In this document: piece by piece, positions 38,818 through 51,106 of the stretch
Layout of the letters: every line of letters starts with the position of its first letter
Position numbering within the stretch: the stretch's first letter is position 1
Assembly (NCBI GenBank): GCA_030324005.1
Contig: JARDVH010000059.1
Span: 112,316,082 to 112,380,081, forward strand
Reading direction: 5' to 3'
Origin: Negaprion brevirostris
Lineage: Eukaryota
Length of the DNA: 64,000 nucleotides
The notes under the pieces: model-generated
Told to the model about the DNA's origin: nothing
Seen by the model: the letters and a program-made list of their open reading frames with translations, nothing else
Database searches by the model: none
Program-made: the position numbers and the translations under genes

Positions 38818-39360
38818 GATTTGATTTATTATTGTCACATGTATTAGCACACAGTAAAAAGTATTATTTCGTGCCATTTTACAGAGAAAGCATACTGTTC
38901 ATTGAGAAGGAAATGAGAGAGAGTGTTGAATGTAGTGTTACAGTCACAACTAGGGTGCAGAGAAAGATCAACTTAATGCAAGATAGGTCCGTTCAAAAGT
39001 CTGACAGCAGCAGGGAAGAAGCTGTTCTTAAGTCAGTTAGTACATGATCTGAGAATTTTGTATCTTTTTCCCAACAGAAGGAGGTGAAAAAGAGTATGTC
39101 CAGTGTGTATGGAGTCCTTTAATTATACTGGCTGCTCTGCCAAGGCAGCGGGAAGTGTAGATGAAGTCAGTGGATGGGAGGCTGGTTTGTGTGATGGATT
39201 GGACTACATTCACGATCTTTGTAGTTTCTTGCAGTTTTGGGCAGAGCAGGAGCCATACCAAGCTGTGATAGAACCGGAAAGAATGCTTTCTATGGTGCAT
39301 CTGTAAAAGTTGGTGAGACTCCAAGCAGACATGTCAAATTTCCTTAGTTTTCTGAGAAAT
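38818..39360 (-). mobile_element. Rex1/Babar-like LINE 3' fragment
   Basis: FLRKLRKFDMSAWSLTNFYRCTIESILSGSITAWYGSCSAQNCKKLQR; (atcaa)n end. Confidence 0.88.
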
Positions 39361-41888
39361 TTCTTGCTTGACAGATCACAATTTAAAAAATATCCTGATC
39401 TGTCTTTATAGGGTTCCAGGTGGATGACTTTGCATGTTCCTGCATTCAATCTGCCACATTTTTCCCAGTCACATAGCCTTTCAGTGCTCCTTTGCAGCTT
39501 TCTGCTCTTGCTCATCGTATTTACTGCGCTGGAAAATCTCAGCAGATCTGGCATAGGGAGAAAAAACAGAGTTAATGTTTTGAGTCCATTTGGCACTTCA
39601 TCAAAACTAGAGAGAGGGAGAAAGGCCATTTTCCCCAAAACCAACAAAACAATACTCTGTTGAAACAAACGTGGGAATAGCAGTTTTCCATTGAGGCCTC
39701 CACTTGTCCTGGCACTTGGTGAAAGCATAGCTAACTGTAGCTTAGCTCCCTTCCACCTGCCTTGGTTTCATGTTCATTTATCCCCATTTCAACAAAAATC
39801 TGTTGATCTCTAATTTGAAATTATTGTTGGGCTTCACACTTAATCAAGCAAAGGGTGTTAGAAATATTTTCTAATTTCTTTCCTGAATGGCCTGGCTCAG
39901 ATTTTAAGATTAGGTTCTTCTGTTCTAAAATTCCACATAAGCGGAAAATGCTTCCATCAATCTTTAGCTCCCCTTAATTTATTATTTTCTGGGGAATACT
40001 GCGCTCCTTTATGCAATATATCTTCATAATCTGTGCCTTGGAATACTGAGAACTTTCTGGTGAATCTCTATTGCACCTCCATCAAAGCTAGTTTATCCTT
40101 CCAAGGGTTTGTAAACAGTACCCTTGTGAGGTTGTAGCAAAAGTTTGTACCCTTTATATTCTAGCCCTCCAGTTATAAGTGTGAACATTCTATTATCCCT
40201 TTATCATCTTATGGACCTGATTTCATTTTAAAGATTTGTGTACATGGACTCAATCTTTTAGGAACTCTATTGATATTAGCTTTTCAATCTTTTGAAAAGC
40301 ATTTGGATTTTCTTTCTCTACCTCCAGAATAGGTGTTTTCATAGTAAGGCCGGTTGAAATCGATCTGACATAAGTTCACCCACTGAATTTATCAATGTCA
40401 GTTTGTAATTATTAGTTCCCGTCTATACTGTGTACTATGCCATCAATTTTTGTCATTGTATTTGAATATATGGCTTTCTTGTGTTATCTAAGTCATTAAC
40501 AAATATCGTGAATAGTTAAGGCCTCAGCTCAGATCCTTGTTGAAGTTTATCATTTCCTTTCAATTCGAAAACACTCGATTCTCCCTACTCTGTCTTCTAC
40601 TGCCTAACTAATTTCTAACCAGGCCAATAGTTTGCCTTCAATTCCATGAGCTTTAATTTCAGCCAGAAGTATCTTATATAGAAAGTTACATAATGCCTTC
40701 TGGATGTTCACATAAACCCCATCAAGATATTCGCCATCTGCTGCTCAGTTACAGCTCCAAATAGTTGATTAAATTTTGTTAGACATGAGCTTTCTTTACC
40801 AATCCCTGTTGTTGTTCTTTTATCAACTCATCTCTTAAGTGCTCAATTCCAGTGTCCTTAATCATAGATCCCAATAACTTTTCCACAAAATTTCCTTGTT
40901 TTTCTCTCTCACCTTGCTTAAACAGCAGTTTTTACCTTGGATTTGACAACAAGGTTCATTACCGTACAATGTATTGCTCCACAGATTGTTTGCTTGCTTT
41001 TAGAGTTGCATTTATTTACATCAGCAGCTATTAAAACATCCTTTGGTAGTAGAAGTATTTTTAGGGAAAGATGGAACTGAAATCATTGAAACAATACAAA
41101 TTGAAAAGCAACTCTTGAACAGGAATATCTCTGAAAAGCAAGATTTACTTTAATGATACNNNNNNNNNNNNNNNNNNNNNNNNNNNNNNNNNNNNNNNNN
41201 NNNNNNNNNNNNNNNNNNNNNNNNNNNNNNNNNNNNNNNNNNNNNNNNNNNNNNNNNNNTGATACAATCTTTTCTTAGCCAAGAGGGTACAAAGCCCAGT
41301 TTTGTCTCAGCCCTGAATGTGGCTGGCAAAGCTACATTAATTGTCCATTCCAAGTTGCCCTGAAAGGACACTGGTGCGAGGGCCTTCTCCCTGAATAGCT
41401 ACCAAACTTGAAATGTGGTATGGGAGGAAAGTCTGAGTTCTTGAAAATGATGCAACAGTTGTGTTTGTGTAAGTCAGGGTGATATATGACTTGGAAAGGA
41501 ACACGAAGATTGTTGTTTTCCAATGACTTTGTTGCTTAGATCCTTTCATAGCACTTCACCACCGTCTTGGCTGAGATTATTTGACTCAGTGCAGTCTGGG
41601 CCCTTTGGTGTAGTTATTCTTTCCATCCTGTTATGCAGTATAGATTATTAATTTTGTTTTCAAATGAGAAGATGGCTATTCCCTTGTGATGCAACTATTT
41701 AGTTGAGATAATTCCATTATATTCTATTTCTATTTGATATCTACCCTTGTTAATTTTATTGTCTTTCAACTTTATGATGTTGACTTTTTTAAGAGCTTTA
41801 GAACCAATATTGCATTTGAATTTTATTTATTAACACCTAAACTTTGAATCTTTCCCTTTCCTTNNNNNNNNNNCCTTGTTTGTTTCAG

Positions 41889-42053
41889 GCCCAAGTGCTA
41901 AGTCTGCAGCTACCCCTGGTGGTTTGCAGCGTTCCAGAAGTGACATAGATGTGAATGCTGCAGCATCTGCAAAATCACGGCATATCGCAGGGCACACAGC
42001 AGCAAGCCGTTTAACTGCATCTAACATCCCTTCAGGAGCCAGTGCTTCACTTG
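41889..42053 (+). CDS. CLASP2: CLASP2 exon (PSAKSAATPGGLQRSRSDIDVNAAASAKSRHIAGHTAASRLTASNIPSGASASL)
   Basis: Acceptor ttcag|, donor |gtaaga; 165 nt, phase 1-1. Contains the conserved LQRSRSDIDVNAAA motif. Confidence 0.95.
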
Positions 42054-42694
42054 GTAAGATTGATTTGTACAATAGGTCCTTCTTATCCCCTCCATCTCTG
42101 CTCCTCATAATTTAATGCACCACAACTATATCTTCTGATAGGCTTTTCTTTTTCAATTAAAATAACCCCCAACAGATCAAATCACAGCTAAAATTCTCCA
42201 TCCCTGGCAACATGCTTAGAAATCTTGTTCTGTACAATGTGATCACACCCTTCCAGTAGTGCAGTGACCAGAATTGAACCAGTATTGGAGCTGTTGACCG
42301 ACTGATAGCTTATACAATTTTGGCATAAGCTTCCTGTTCTTCTATGCTGTGGCAAATGAAGAAAAGTATCCTGTGTACTTTCTTGGCACCTTAACACCCC
42401 TCAGGGCAAAGGGCTATGTGAGTACTTGTGTTCCTCCAAACTTCTAAGCACTTTAATATTTACTTTGTATTCCCTTGCCTTATGTGTGCTCTCTGGATTG
42501 AATTCCATTTTCCACTTTTCTGTCTACCTGACTAGTCCATTGATGTGTCCCTGCAATCTCTCTCACTGTCAGCCACACAGCCAATTTTTGTATCAATTGC
42601 AGACTTAAAACAAGAAAGAACTTGGTGCTGAACTTTGCAGAACCTCACTGGATGCAGACTTCCAATAACAAAGACACCCAAACATTATAAGCTG

Positions 42695-43315
42695 CAGGGA
42701 TTGGTGCTGGGGCCTCAACTGTTTACCATTATACATAGACAATCTGGAGGAGGGGACCGAGTGTAGGCTAACAAAGTTTGCGGATGACACAAAGATGAGT
42801 GGGAAAGCGAATTGCTTGGAGGACACGGAAAGTCTGCAGAGAGATTTGGATAGGCTAAGTGAGTGGGCAAGGATCTGGCAGATGGAGTACAACGTTGGCA
42901 AGTGTGAGGTTATTCACTTTGGAAGGAATAATAGTAAAATGGACTATTATTTAAATGGTGAGAAATTATAACATGCTACTTTGCAGACGCACCTGGGGGT
43001 CCTTGTGCATGAATCACAAAAACTCAGTTTGCAGGTGCAGCAGGTGATCAAGAAGGCAAATGAAATGTTGACCTTTATCGCGAGGGGGATGGAGTATAAA
43101 AGCTGGGAAGTCTTGCTGCAATTGTACAGGCTACTGGTGAGGCCGCAACTAGAGTACTGTGTGCAATTTTGGTCCCCTTATTTGCAAAAGGATATATTGG
43201 CTTTGGAGGGAGTGCAGAGAAGGTTCACCAGGTTGATGCTGGAGATGAGGGGGTTAGCTTATGAGGAGAGATTGAGTAGACTGGGCCTGTACTCGTTGGA
43301 GTTTAGAAGGCTGAG
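42695..43315 (+). mobile_element. CR1 ORF2 RT fragment, near intact
   Basis: Contains KFADDTK and LGVLVHESQKLSLQVQQVIKKANEMLTFIARGMEYKSWEVLLQLYRLLVRPQLEYCVQFWSP. Confidence 0.93.
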
Positions 43316-43415
43316 NNNNNNNNNNNNNNNNNNNNNNNNNNNNNNNNNNNNNNNNNNNNNNNNNNNNNNNNNNNNNNNNNNNNNNNNNNNNNNNNNNNNN
43401 NNNNNNNNNNNNNNN

Positions 43416-44625
43416 ACCAGAAGGGTAGATGAGGGCAGTGCAGTTGATGTTGTCTACATGGACTTTAGTAAGGCCTTTTGACAAGGCACCATATGGTAGA
43501 TTGTTGCATAAGATTAAATCTCGCAGGATTCAGGGTGAGATAGACAAATGGATACAAAATTGGATTGATACTGAAGCCAGAGGATGGTTGTACAGAGTTG
43601 TTTTTCAAACTGGAGGTCTGCTACCAGCGGTGTGCCTCGGATCAGTGCTGGGTCTACTGTTATTTGTCATCTTTATTTAGATGAAAATTTAGTAGGCATG
43701 GTTAGTAAGTTTGAAGATGACACCAAGATTGATGGCATAATGGACACTGAAGAAGGTTATCTAGGATTGCAACAGGATCTTGATCAATTGGGTCAGTGGG
43801 CTGACAAATGGCAGATGGAGTTTAATTTAGATAAATGTGATGCATTTTGGTAAATCGAACCAGGGCAGGACTTACTCAGTTGAGATTAGGGCATTGGGGA
43901 TGGTTACAGAACAAAGAGATCTGGGATGCAGGTTCATAGTTCCTTGAAAGTGGAGTCACAGGTCACAGGTAGATAGAAAAGTGGAGAAGGCATTTGGCAT
44001 GCTTGGTTTCATTGGTCAGAATATTGAATGCAGGAGTTGGTTCGTCTTGTTGAAGTTGTTCAAGACTTTGGTAAGACCACACTTTGGAATACTGTCTACG
44101 GTTCTGGTCACCCTATTTTAGAAAGGGTATTATTAAACTAGAAGTAGTGCAGAAAAGATTTATTAGGCTGCCACTGGAACTTGATGGCTTGAGCTATAAA
44201 GAGAGGCTGGATAGACTGGGGCTTATTTCTCTGGAACGTAGGAGGCTGAGGGGTGATTTTACAGAGGTCCATAAAATAATGAAGGGCATAAATCAGTTGT
44301 CAATATCTTTCCCCAAAGGCAGAGGAATCTAAAACTAGAGGGCATAAGTTTAAGGTGAAAGGGGAGAGATACAAAAGGGTCCATAGGGGCAATTTTTTAC
44401 AGAGGGTGGTGAGTGTCTGAAACAAGCTGCCAGAGGTAGTAGTCGAGGCAGGTACAATTTTATCTTTCAAAAAGCATTTTAACAGTTACGTGGGCAAGAT
44501 GGTACAGAGGGTTATGGGCCAAACGTGGGCATTTGGGACTAGTTTAAGGGTTTAAAAGAAAGACGGCATGGACAAGTTGAACTGAAGGGCCTGTTTCCAT
44601 GCTGTAAACCTCAATGATTCTATGA
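43416..44625 (+). mobile_element. CR1 ORF2 RT to 3' end, frameshifted
   Basis: VDEGSAVDVVYMDFSKAF, KFEDDTKI, C-terminal region and 3' tail. Confidence 0.93.
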
Positions 44626-45971
44626 TGCTGTCAATCAAATAAAACTTTCCCTTAAAAATGTATGCTAAATGTCCTTGATTAATCTGGACCTCTCTAAATG
44701 ATGATTTTAGCTGTTCTCCAGTCTTTCAGCACATTGGAACCTAGAGTGGATTGAAAAATAGTGGTCAGAGCCACTGCTATTCCTTGTTGCTTTTTCACAC
44801 TCGGCAATACGTTTCATTTCAAGCCTGGTGAATTTACACTTGACATATTTTTTTCCTCTATGTTTATTCCATCCAATATTTCACACACTTCCTTCTTAAC
44901 TACTTCATCCCAATCTTCTATGAAAACAAGAACACAATACTAATTTAAGAACCTTGCCCTCATTTTGCTGCTCGAAACATTTAATAATTTTGTTCTTTAA
45001 TTGGCTCTGCACTTTGCTTCATTATCCTTTTGCAGTTTATGCACTTAAAGTAACATCTTTGGCTTTCCTTTGATTCTATTTACCAATATTTTCCTGAAGA
45101 TTGGAGAGTGGCAAATATTGTGCCTTTGTTTTTGTAACTTTTTAAATTTCACCTTGCACTTTCTATATTCCTCCTCACATTTGGCAACATTGAGTTCTCG
45201 ACATCTGCTATAAGCTTTATTTTTTTTTTGGCTCATTCTCCTCAGTTTGTTCTTTGACATCTGTGAGTGAGGTGCAGTGGAGGTTCTCAATTTGAAATTC
45301 ACACCTTTTTCTGTCAGGTTTTGTTTTGAACTCTCCTTGGCTCCTCCTTGAATGTCTCCCACTGTTCTAAGACTGAAATACTTAAAGGCAACTATTTTCA
45401 GTTAACTTCTTTGAAATCACATCTCAGCTTGGTATAATTGGCCTTTCCCCAGTTTAAAAATATGCCCACGGTAAGGATGAAGCTCAGGTTCCTCTACTGA
45501 ATATAGTCATCCAAGACACAAGCATCATGGAATTCCTGCATAATACATGATGTGCATTGCATGGGACTCCGATGTCACGCATCTACTTATTAGATGAATC
45601 ATTGCCATGAAGCTGAAGAAGCTTGAAATTGTGTACTGTTACCATTGACAAATATTGGATTTGTTGTTACATTCTTCTACAAACAGTGGTATGAAAATAA
45701 TCCACATATTTAATTATGGGGAAATGGCTAAAAAAATTGCAAACGTATCTGGTATGTATTTTAGCCCGTTGATTATTTATAATTTTCCTTTTAATTGTAA
45801 CATAGAACTTACAATGCAGCCTAATGTTATTACAGGATGTTTCAGGGTCTATTTTAGTTATGAAGATTTGAAATGTGAACATTAGCCAACAGCACCACAC
45901 ATCCTCTTTTTTTTCCCCTTTGAATTTCTTTTTTTATATTCATGGGTGTGGGCATTGCCAGCATTTATTGA

Positions 45972-46767
45972 AAACTAACTAATGTAACATTGCTGTTTAA
46001 GAAGGGTGGGAGACAGCAGATGGGAAATTACAGGCCAGTTAGCTTGATTTTGGTCATTGGCAAGATTTTAGAGTCCATTATTGAAGATGAGATTGAGAAG
46101 TATGTGCAAATGCATTATAAAATAGGACTGAGTCAGCACGGCTTCATCAAGGGGACGTCATGTCTGACAAATCCATAAGTTCTTTGAGAAGATAACAGGG
46201 AAGTTAGATAAAGGAGAATCAGTGGAAATGATTTATTTAGATTTCCAGAAGACCTTTGACAAGGTGCCACATAGGAGACTGTTAAATAAGTTAAGAGCCC
46301 CTGGTGTTAAGGGTAAGATCCTGGCATGGATAGGCGATTGCCTGACTGGCAGAAGGCAGAGAGTGTGGATAAAGGAATCTTTTTCAGAATGACAGCCGAT
46401 GACTTGTGGTGTACCTCAGGGGTCGGTGCTGGGACCACAACTTTTCACAATATTTGTTAACCATTTGGGAGAAGGAACTGAAGGCACTGTTGCTAAGTTT
46501 GCAGATGATACAAAGATATGTAGAGGGATAGATAGTATTGAGGAAGGCGGTGGTGCTGCAGACGGACTTGGACAGGTTAGGAAAGAAGGCAAAGAAGTGG
46601 CAGATGGAATACAATATGGAAAAGTGTGAGGTTGTGCACTTTAGAAGGAGGAATTGAGGCACAGACTGTTTTCTAGATAGGGAATTGCTTAAGAAATCAG
46701 AAGTACAAAGAGACTTGGGAGTCCTTGTTCAAGATTCTCAAGTGCAGGTTCAGTCAGCAGTTAGGAA
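45972..46767 (+). mobile_element. CR1 ORF2 RT fragment
   Basis: LFKKGGRQQMGNYRPVSL, GVPQGSVLGPQLFTIF, KFADDTK. Confidence 0.93.
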
Positions 46768-46867
46768 NNNNNNNNNNNNNNNNNNNNNNNNNNNNNNNNN
46801 NNNNNNNNNNNNNNNNNNNNNNNNNNNNNNNNNNNNNNNNNNNNNNNNNNNNNNNNNNNNNNNNNNN

Positions 46868-47790
46868 TCCAGCAAATCTCCCCACCGGAATGTTAGTCTC
46901 CCTCCAGTTCAGATGTAACTCATCCCTCTTGAAGCATCCCACTTGAACCCATTCCTTCCTTCCCCAGAAAAGATCCCAATGATCCAAAAATCTAAATCCC
47001 TGCCTCCTGCACCAGTTCTCAAGCTACGCATTCATCTGCCTAATCCTTCTATTCATAGTCTTACTAGCAAATGGCAGTGGTAATAGTTCTGAAATTACTA
47101 CCTTCGAGGTCCTGCACTTTAGCCTTCTGCCTAACTCTATATTTACATTTCAGGACCACGTCCCTTTTCCTACGTATGTCGTTGGTTATATTGGTACCAA
47201 TGACCTCTGGTTGCTCACCCTCCCCCTTAAGAATGTCCTGCAAGCGCTCAGAGACATCCTTGACCCTGGCACCAGGGAGGCAACATCCTGGAGTCTCGAT
47301 TGCAGCCACAGAAATGCCTGTCTGTGCCTCTAACTAGCAAGTCCCCTATTATGACTGAGCACTTGCTCTTTGCCCAACCCTGTCCCACAGCAGAACCAGC
47401 TATGGTGTCACAGGCCTGGCTGCTGTTGGTATTTCCCCTGACAAGCTATCCCCCTCAACAGTATCCAAAACGGTATACCTGTTTGAAAGGGGAACAGGCA
47501 CAGGAGACTTCTGCACTACCTGCCTGCCTGTCCTGGCAGTCACCCATCTACCTGTGGTGTGACAACCTCTCTGTACCGAGTGTCTATCACGCTCTGTGCC
47601 TCCTGTATCCTCCACAGTGCATCCACTTGCTGCTCCAACCAAACAATGCAGTGTGTGAAGAGTTGCAACTGGACATACTTCCTGCAGACAAAGTTGTCAA
47701 GGAGATTAGAATACTCCCTAATTGCCCACATCTGGAAGGAGGAACATGCCATTGCCCTAGCTGCCATACTGCCCTTACACAGGTAAAAGG
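46868..47790 (-). mobile_element. CR1 ORF1 fragment (zinc finger plus SGNH esterase-like)
   Basis: CSSFQMW...FVCRKYVQL; PVPVPLSNRYTVL; CCLPGARVKDVSERLQDILKGEGEQPEV; RDELHLN. Confidence 0.85.
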
Positions 47791-48429
47791 ATAAAAGAAT
47801 CTCAACTCATCTGTCCTTTGAGGTCCTCCTTCCAACTTTTGTTTTGGTGAGAGGAGGTGGTAGGTGAGAGAACCAATTTGGGACAGAAACCTACTTGACC
47901 TTTCCTGACTTGTCACAGATGCATTTGTGCATGTCCATATTGATAGGCACAACACCACAAAATCCCATATTTCCATTGAGATTATCCTCTCTCATGTTGT
48001 ATGGGAGTACTGTGAAAATGGGATAGATTTAAGATAGACTCAGCAACTCAAAACTGGACATTCATGAGATATTGTAGGGCAGCAGCAGCAAAATCGCATT
48101 CTACTTCAATCTGTCACGTTATGGCCTAGCGAATCCCACACTCTATCATTACCATCACACCAGGATACCAACCTTGGATCAATGAGGAATGCCAAGAGTA
48201 TACTGAGGAACCTGGATACTTAAAAGTAAGATGCAAATGGAATGAAGCTACTAAACAGGAGTATGTGCATGCTAATAGGAGGAATCAGCATGCTGCACAC
48301 AGACCTGAGTAATCTCACATTTAATGGATTAGTTCAAAACACTGCAGTCCTACCACATCCATTCATGAATGGTGGTGAACAGAGGAGGGTCGACAAACAT
48401 CACCCTGAATGATGACAGAGCACAGTACC

Positions 48430-50280
48430 TTGGTTTTTTTAAAACTTTCCCAATCCTCTGATTTACCACTAATCTTTGCCACATTATTTTTTTTTACAGT
48501 TTAATACTTCCTTAATTTTCTTAGTTGACCATGGTTGATTTATCCCCTTTCTAGAAACCTCCTTTCTCACTGGGATATATCCTTGCTGTGAGTCATGAAC
48601 TATTTTCATAAACATCTGCCAATGCTGCTCAACTGTGTTTCCTCCTAAACTTGTTTCCCAATCCACTGTAGCCAATTTTGCCCTCATTCATGTATAATTA
48701 CCCTTATTTATGCGAGCAATGTTTTCTGTGTCTCACATTTCTCACCCATAAACTGAATGCTAAATCATACCACGTTACGGTCATGGTTTCCTCAGGGATC
48801 TTTTATGCTGTGATTGTTATTAAATCTGTCTCATTACACATTACCAGATTGAAAATAGCACTTTCGCTGCTAAGATCTGCAACAAATCGTTCTAGGAAAC
48901 TGTTCCAAATATACTCTACAAATTCCTTCTAATGGCTACTTCTGCCAATTTGATTTTCCCAACGTATGTAAAGATTAAAGTCACCCATGATTGAAAGTAC
49001 TGCCTTTTTTACATGCCCTTATTATTTCATTTATTCTGTATTCTACAGTGTAGCTATTATTAGAGGGCCTATAAACTATTCTCAAGTGTCTTCTTCGCCT
49101 TCTAGTTATTTCTTAACTCCACCCATATGGATTCCACATCTTCCAGCCCAAGATAATTTCTTGCTATTGTACTTATCCAATCTAGTACTGACATAACTAC
49201 ACTACTACTCTTTCCATCCTCCCTCTCCTTACAAAAAAGTCACATATCCCTGCATATTTATTTCCCGGTTTTGATAATCTTGCAACATTTGCCTCGGTAC
49301 TGGCTGCAAGATCATACCTGCTAACCTCCGTTTGTGCCATTAATTGATATATTTTGTGCTTAATACCATGTGTACTCAGGTAAAGAGCCATTATTTTTGC
49401 CTTTTCCCTGTTTTTAACCCTATTTGTTTTTTCATGTTTGTACACTCTGTCTCTTTCTGTCATACTCTGGGTATCGTTACTTAAATTGTTGCCATATCCT
49501 TTTATTTTGTGAGCCTACATAGACCCTTTCCAGAACCATCTTCCCCCCTCTATTTAGTTTAAAGCCCTCTACTTCCCTAATTATATGCTTTGCGAGGCCA
49601 TTTGTCCCAGCCCAGTTCAGATGCATGCCATCCCAGTGGTATAGCCCCCACTTTCCCCAGTGCTGATGCCAGTGTCCCACGAAGTGAAACCCACTTCTCC
49701 CACACCAGTCTTTGAGCCATGTATTCATCTCTCTGATTTTATTTACACTATGCCAGTTTGCATGTGGCTCAGCTAATGATCCAGAGATTATAATTTTGGA
49801 AGTTCTGTTGTTTAATTTTGTGCCTAGCTCCTGAAAGACACTATACAGAATTTCTTTCCTCTTCTGCCTATGTCATTGGTACCTACGTGGATCACGGCAA
49901 CAGCATCCTCCTCCCCTTCTGCAAGTCTCTTTCCAGCCCGGAGTGGATGTCCTGAAATCTGGCACTGGGCAGGCAACAAGGTTATCTCGACTCTGACTGC
50001 TTGCTACAGGGAACAGTGTCAATTCCCTTCACTATACTGTCCCATACTACCACTTCATTCTTAGGCACTCCCCCACTTTAATGGCATCATGTACCACAGT
50101 GCAGTTGTCAGTCAGCTCATGCACCCTGCGTCCTCCCTTCTTATCCAAACAAGTAACTTCAAACCTATTGGACAACTGCAGTGGCTGACATTCCTGCACT
50201 CTTGCTTGCTGGGTTCCCTTACCTGTCTTAACTGCAGTCACACCATCTTTGCCTGACCACTTTCCAAACTGTAAGACTGT
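48430..50280 (-). mobile_element. CR1 ORF1 esterase plus ORF2 endonuclease region, decayed
   Basis: PLQLSNRFEV; NTWLKDWCGRSGFHFVGHWHQHWGKWGLYHWDGMHLNWAGT; RAKLATVDWETSL. Confidence 0.85.
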
Positions 50281-50297
50281 GTCCTAAGGGATGTGAT

Positions 50298-50717
50298 GAT
50301 GTGGATATGCCGATGTCGGACTGGGGTAAACACAGTAAAAAGTCTGACAACACCAGGTTTAAGTCCAACCGATTTATTTGATAGTAAACTCNNNNNNNNN
50401 NNNNNNNNNNNNNNNNNNNNNNNNNNNNNNNNNNNNNNNNNNNNNNNNNNNNNNNNNNNNNNNNNNNNNNNNNNNNNNNNNNNNNNNNNNNNNNNNNNNN
50501 NNNNNNNNNNNNNNNNNNNNNNNNNNNNNNNNNNNNNNNNNNNNNNNNNNNNNNNNNNNNGCATTCTAATCAGTAATCTGTAAACTGTCTGTGCTTTATA
50601 TGCTCTGTCTGAGGCCAGGACTCTCCATTCACCTGACAAAGGGACAAACCCAAAAGCTAGTGAGTTTACTATCAAATAAATCGGTTGGACGTAAACCTGG
50701 TGTTGTCAGACTTTTTA
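50298..50717. mobile_element. Penelope-derived fold-back insertion with 14-bp TSD and decayed hammerhead
   Basis: ctaagggatgtgat at 50284-50297 and 50718-50731. Inverted pLTR arms flank the gap. tcac-ctgacaa-aggg..ccc-aaaa-gcta-gtga at about 50629-50663. Confidence 0.85.
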
Positions 50718-50779
50718 CTAAGGGATGTGATCAGCTCCTGAAACAAAGCTTCCAGGTAACTCTCCCCCTCCTCCTCCTG

Positions 50780-51106
50780 CTGCTCCTGCTCCTGGGTGGT
50801 ATCTCAGGCCCACCTATCCTCAGCTGCTTCATCAATGATCTTTGCTCCAGTATAAGGTCATAAGTGAGACTGATGACTGGACGATGTTTCAGTACAATTA
50901 ACAGCTCTTCAAATATTGAAGCAGTCCATACCCTCTTGCAGCAAATGTTGGACAAGTGCCTGGCAATGACCTTCTCCAACCAGAGAGAGTCTAACCATTC
51001 CTTTTAATCATTCAACACCAAATCCCTCCCCATCAGCATCCTGGGGCACGTTATCATTGACCACAAACTTAACTGGGCCAAGAATGTAAATGTGGTGCTA
51101 ATGGAG
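50780..51106 (+). mobile_element. L2/CR1-group LINE RT fragment (left part, interrupted by Gypsy)
   Basis: GPPILSCFINDL motif. Appears to continue at 57458. Confidence 0.7.
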
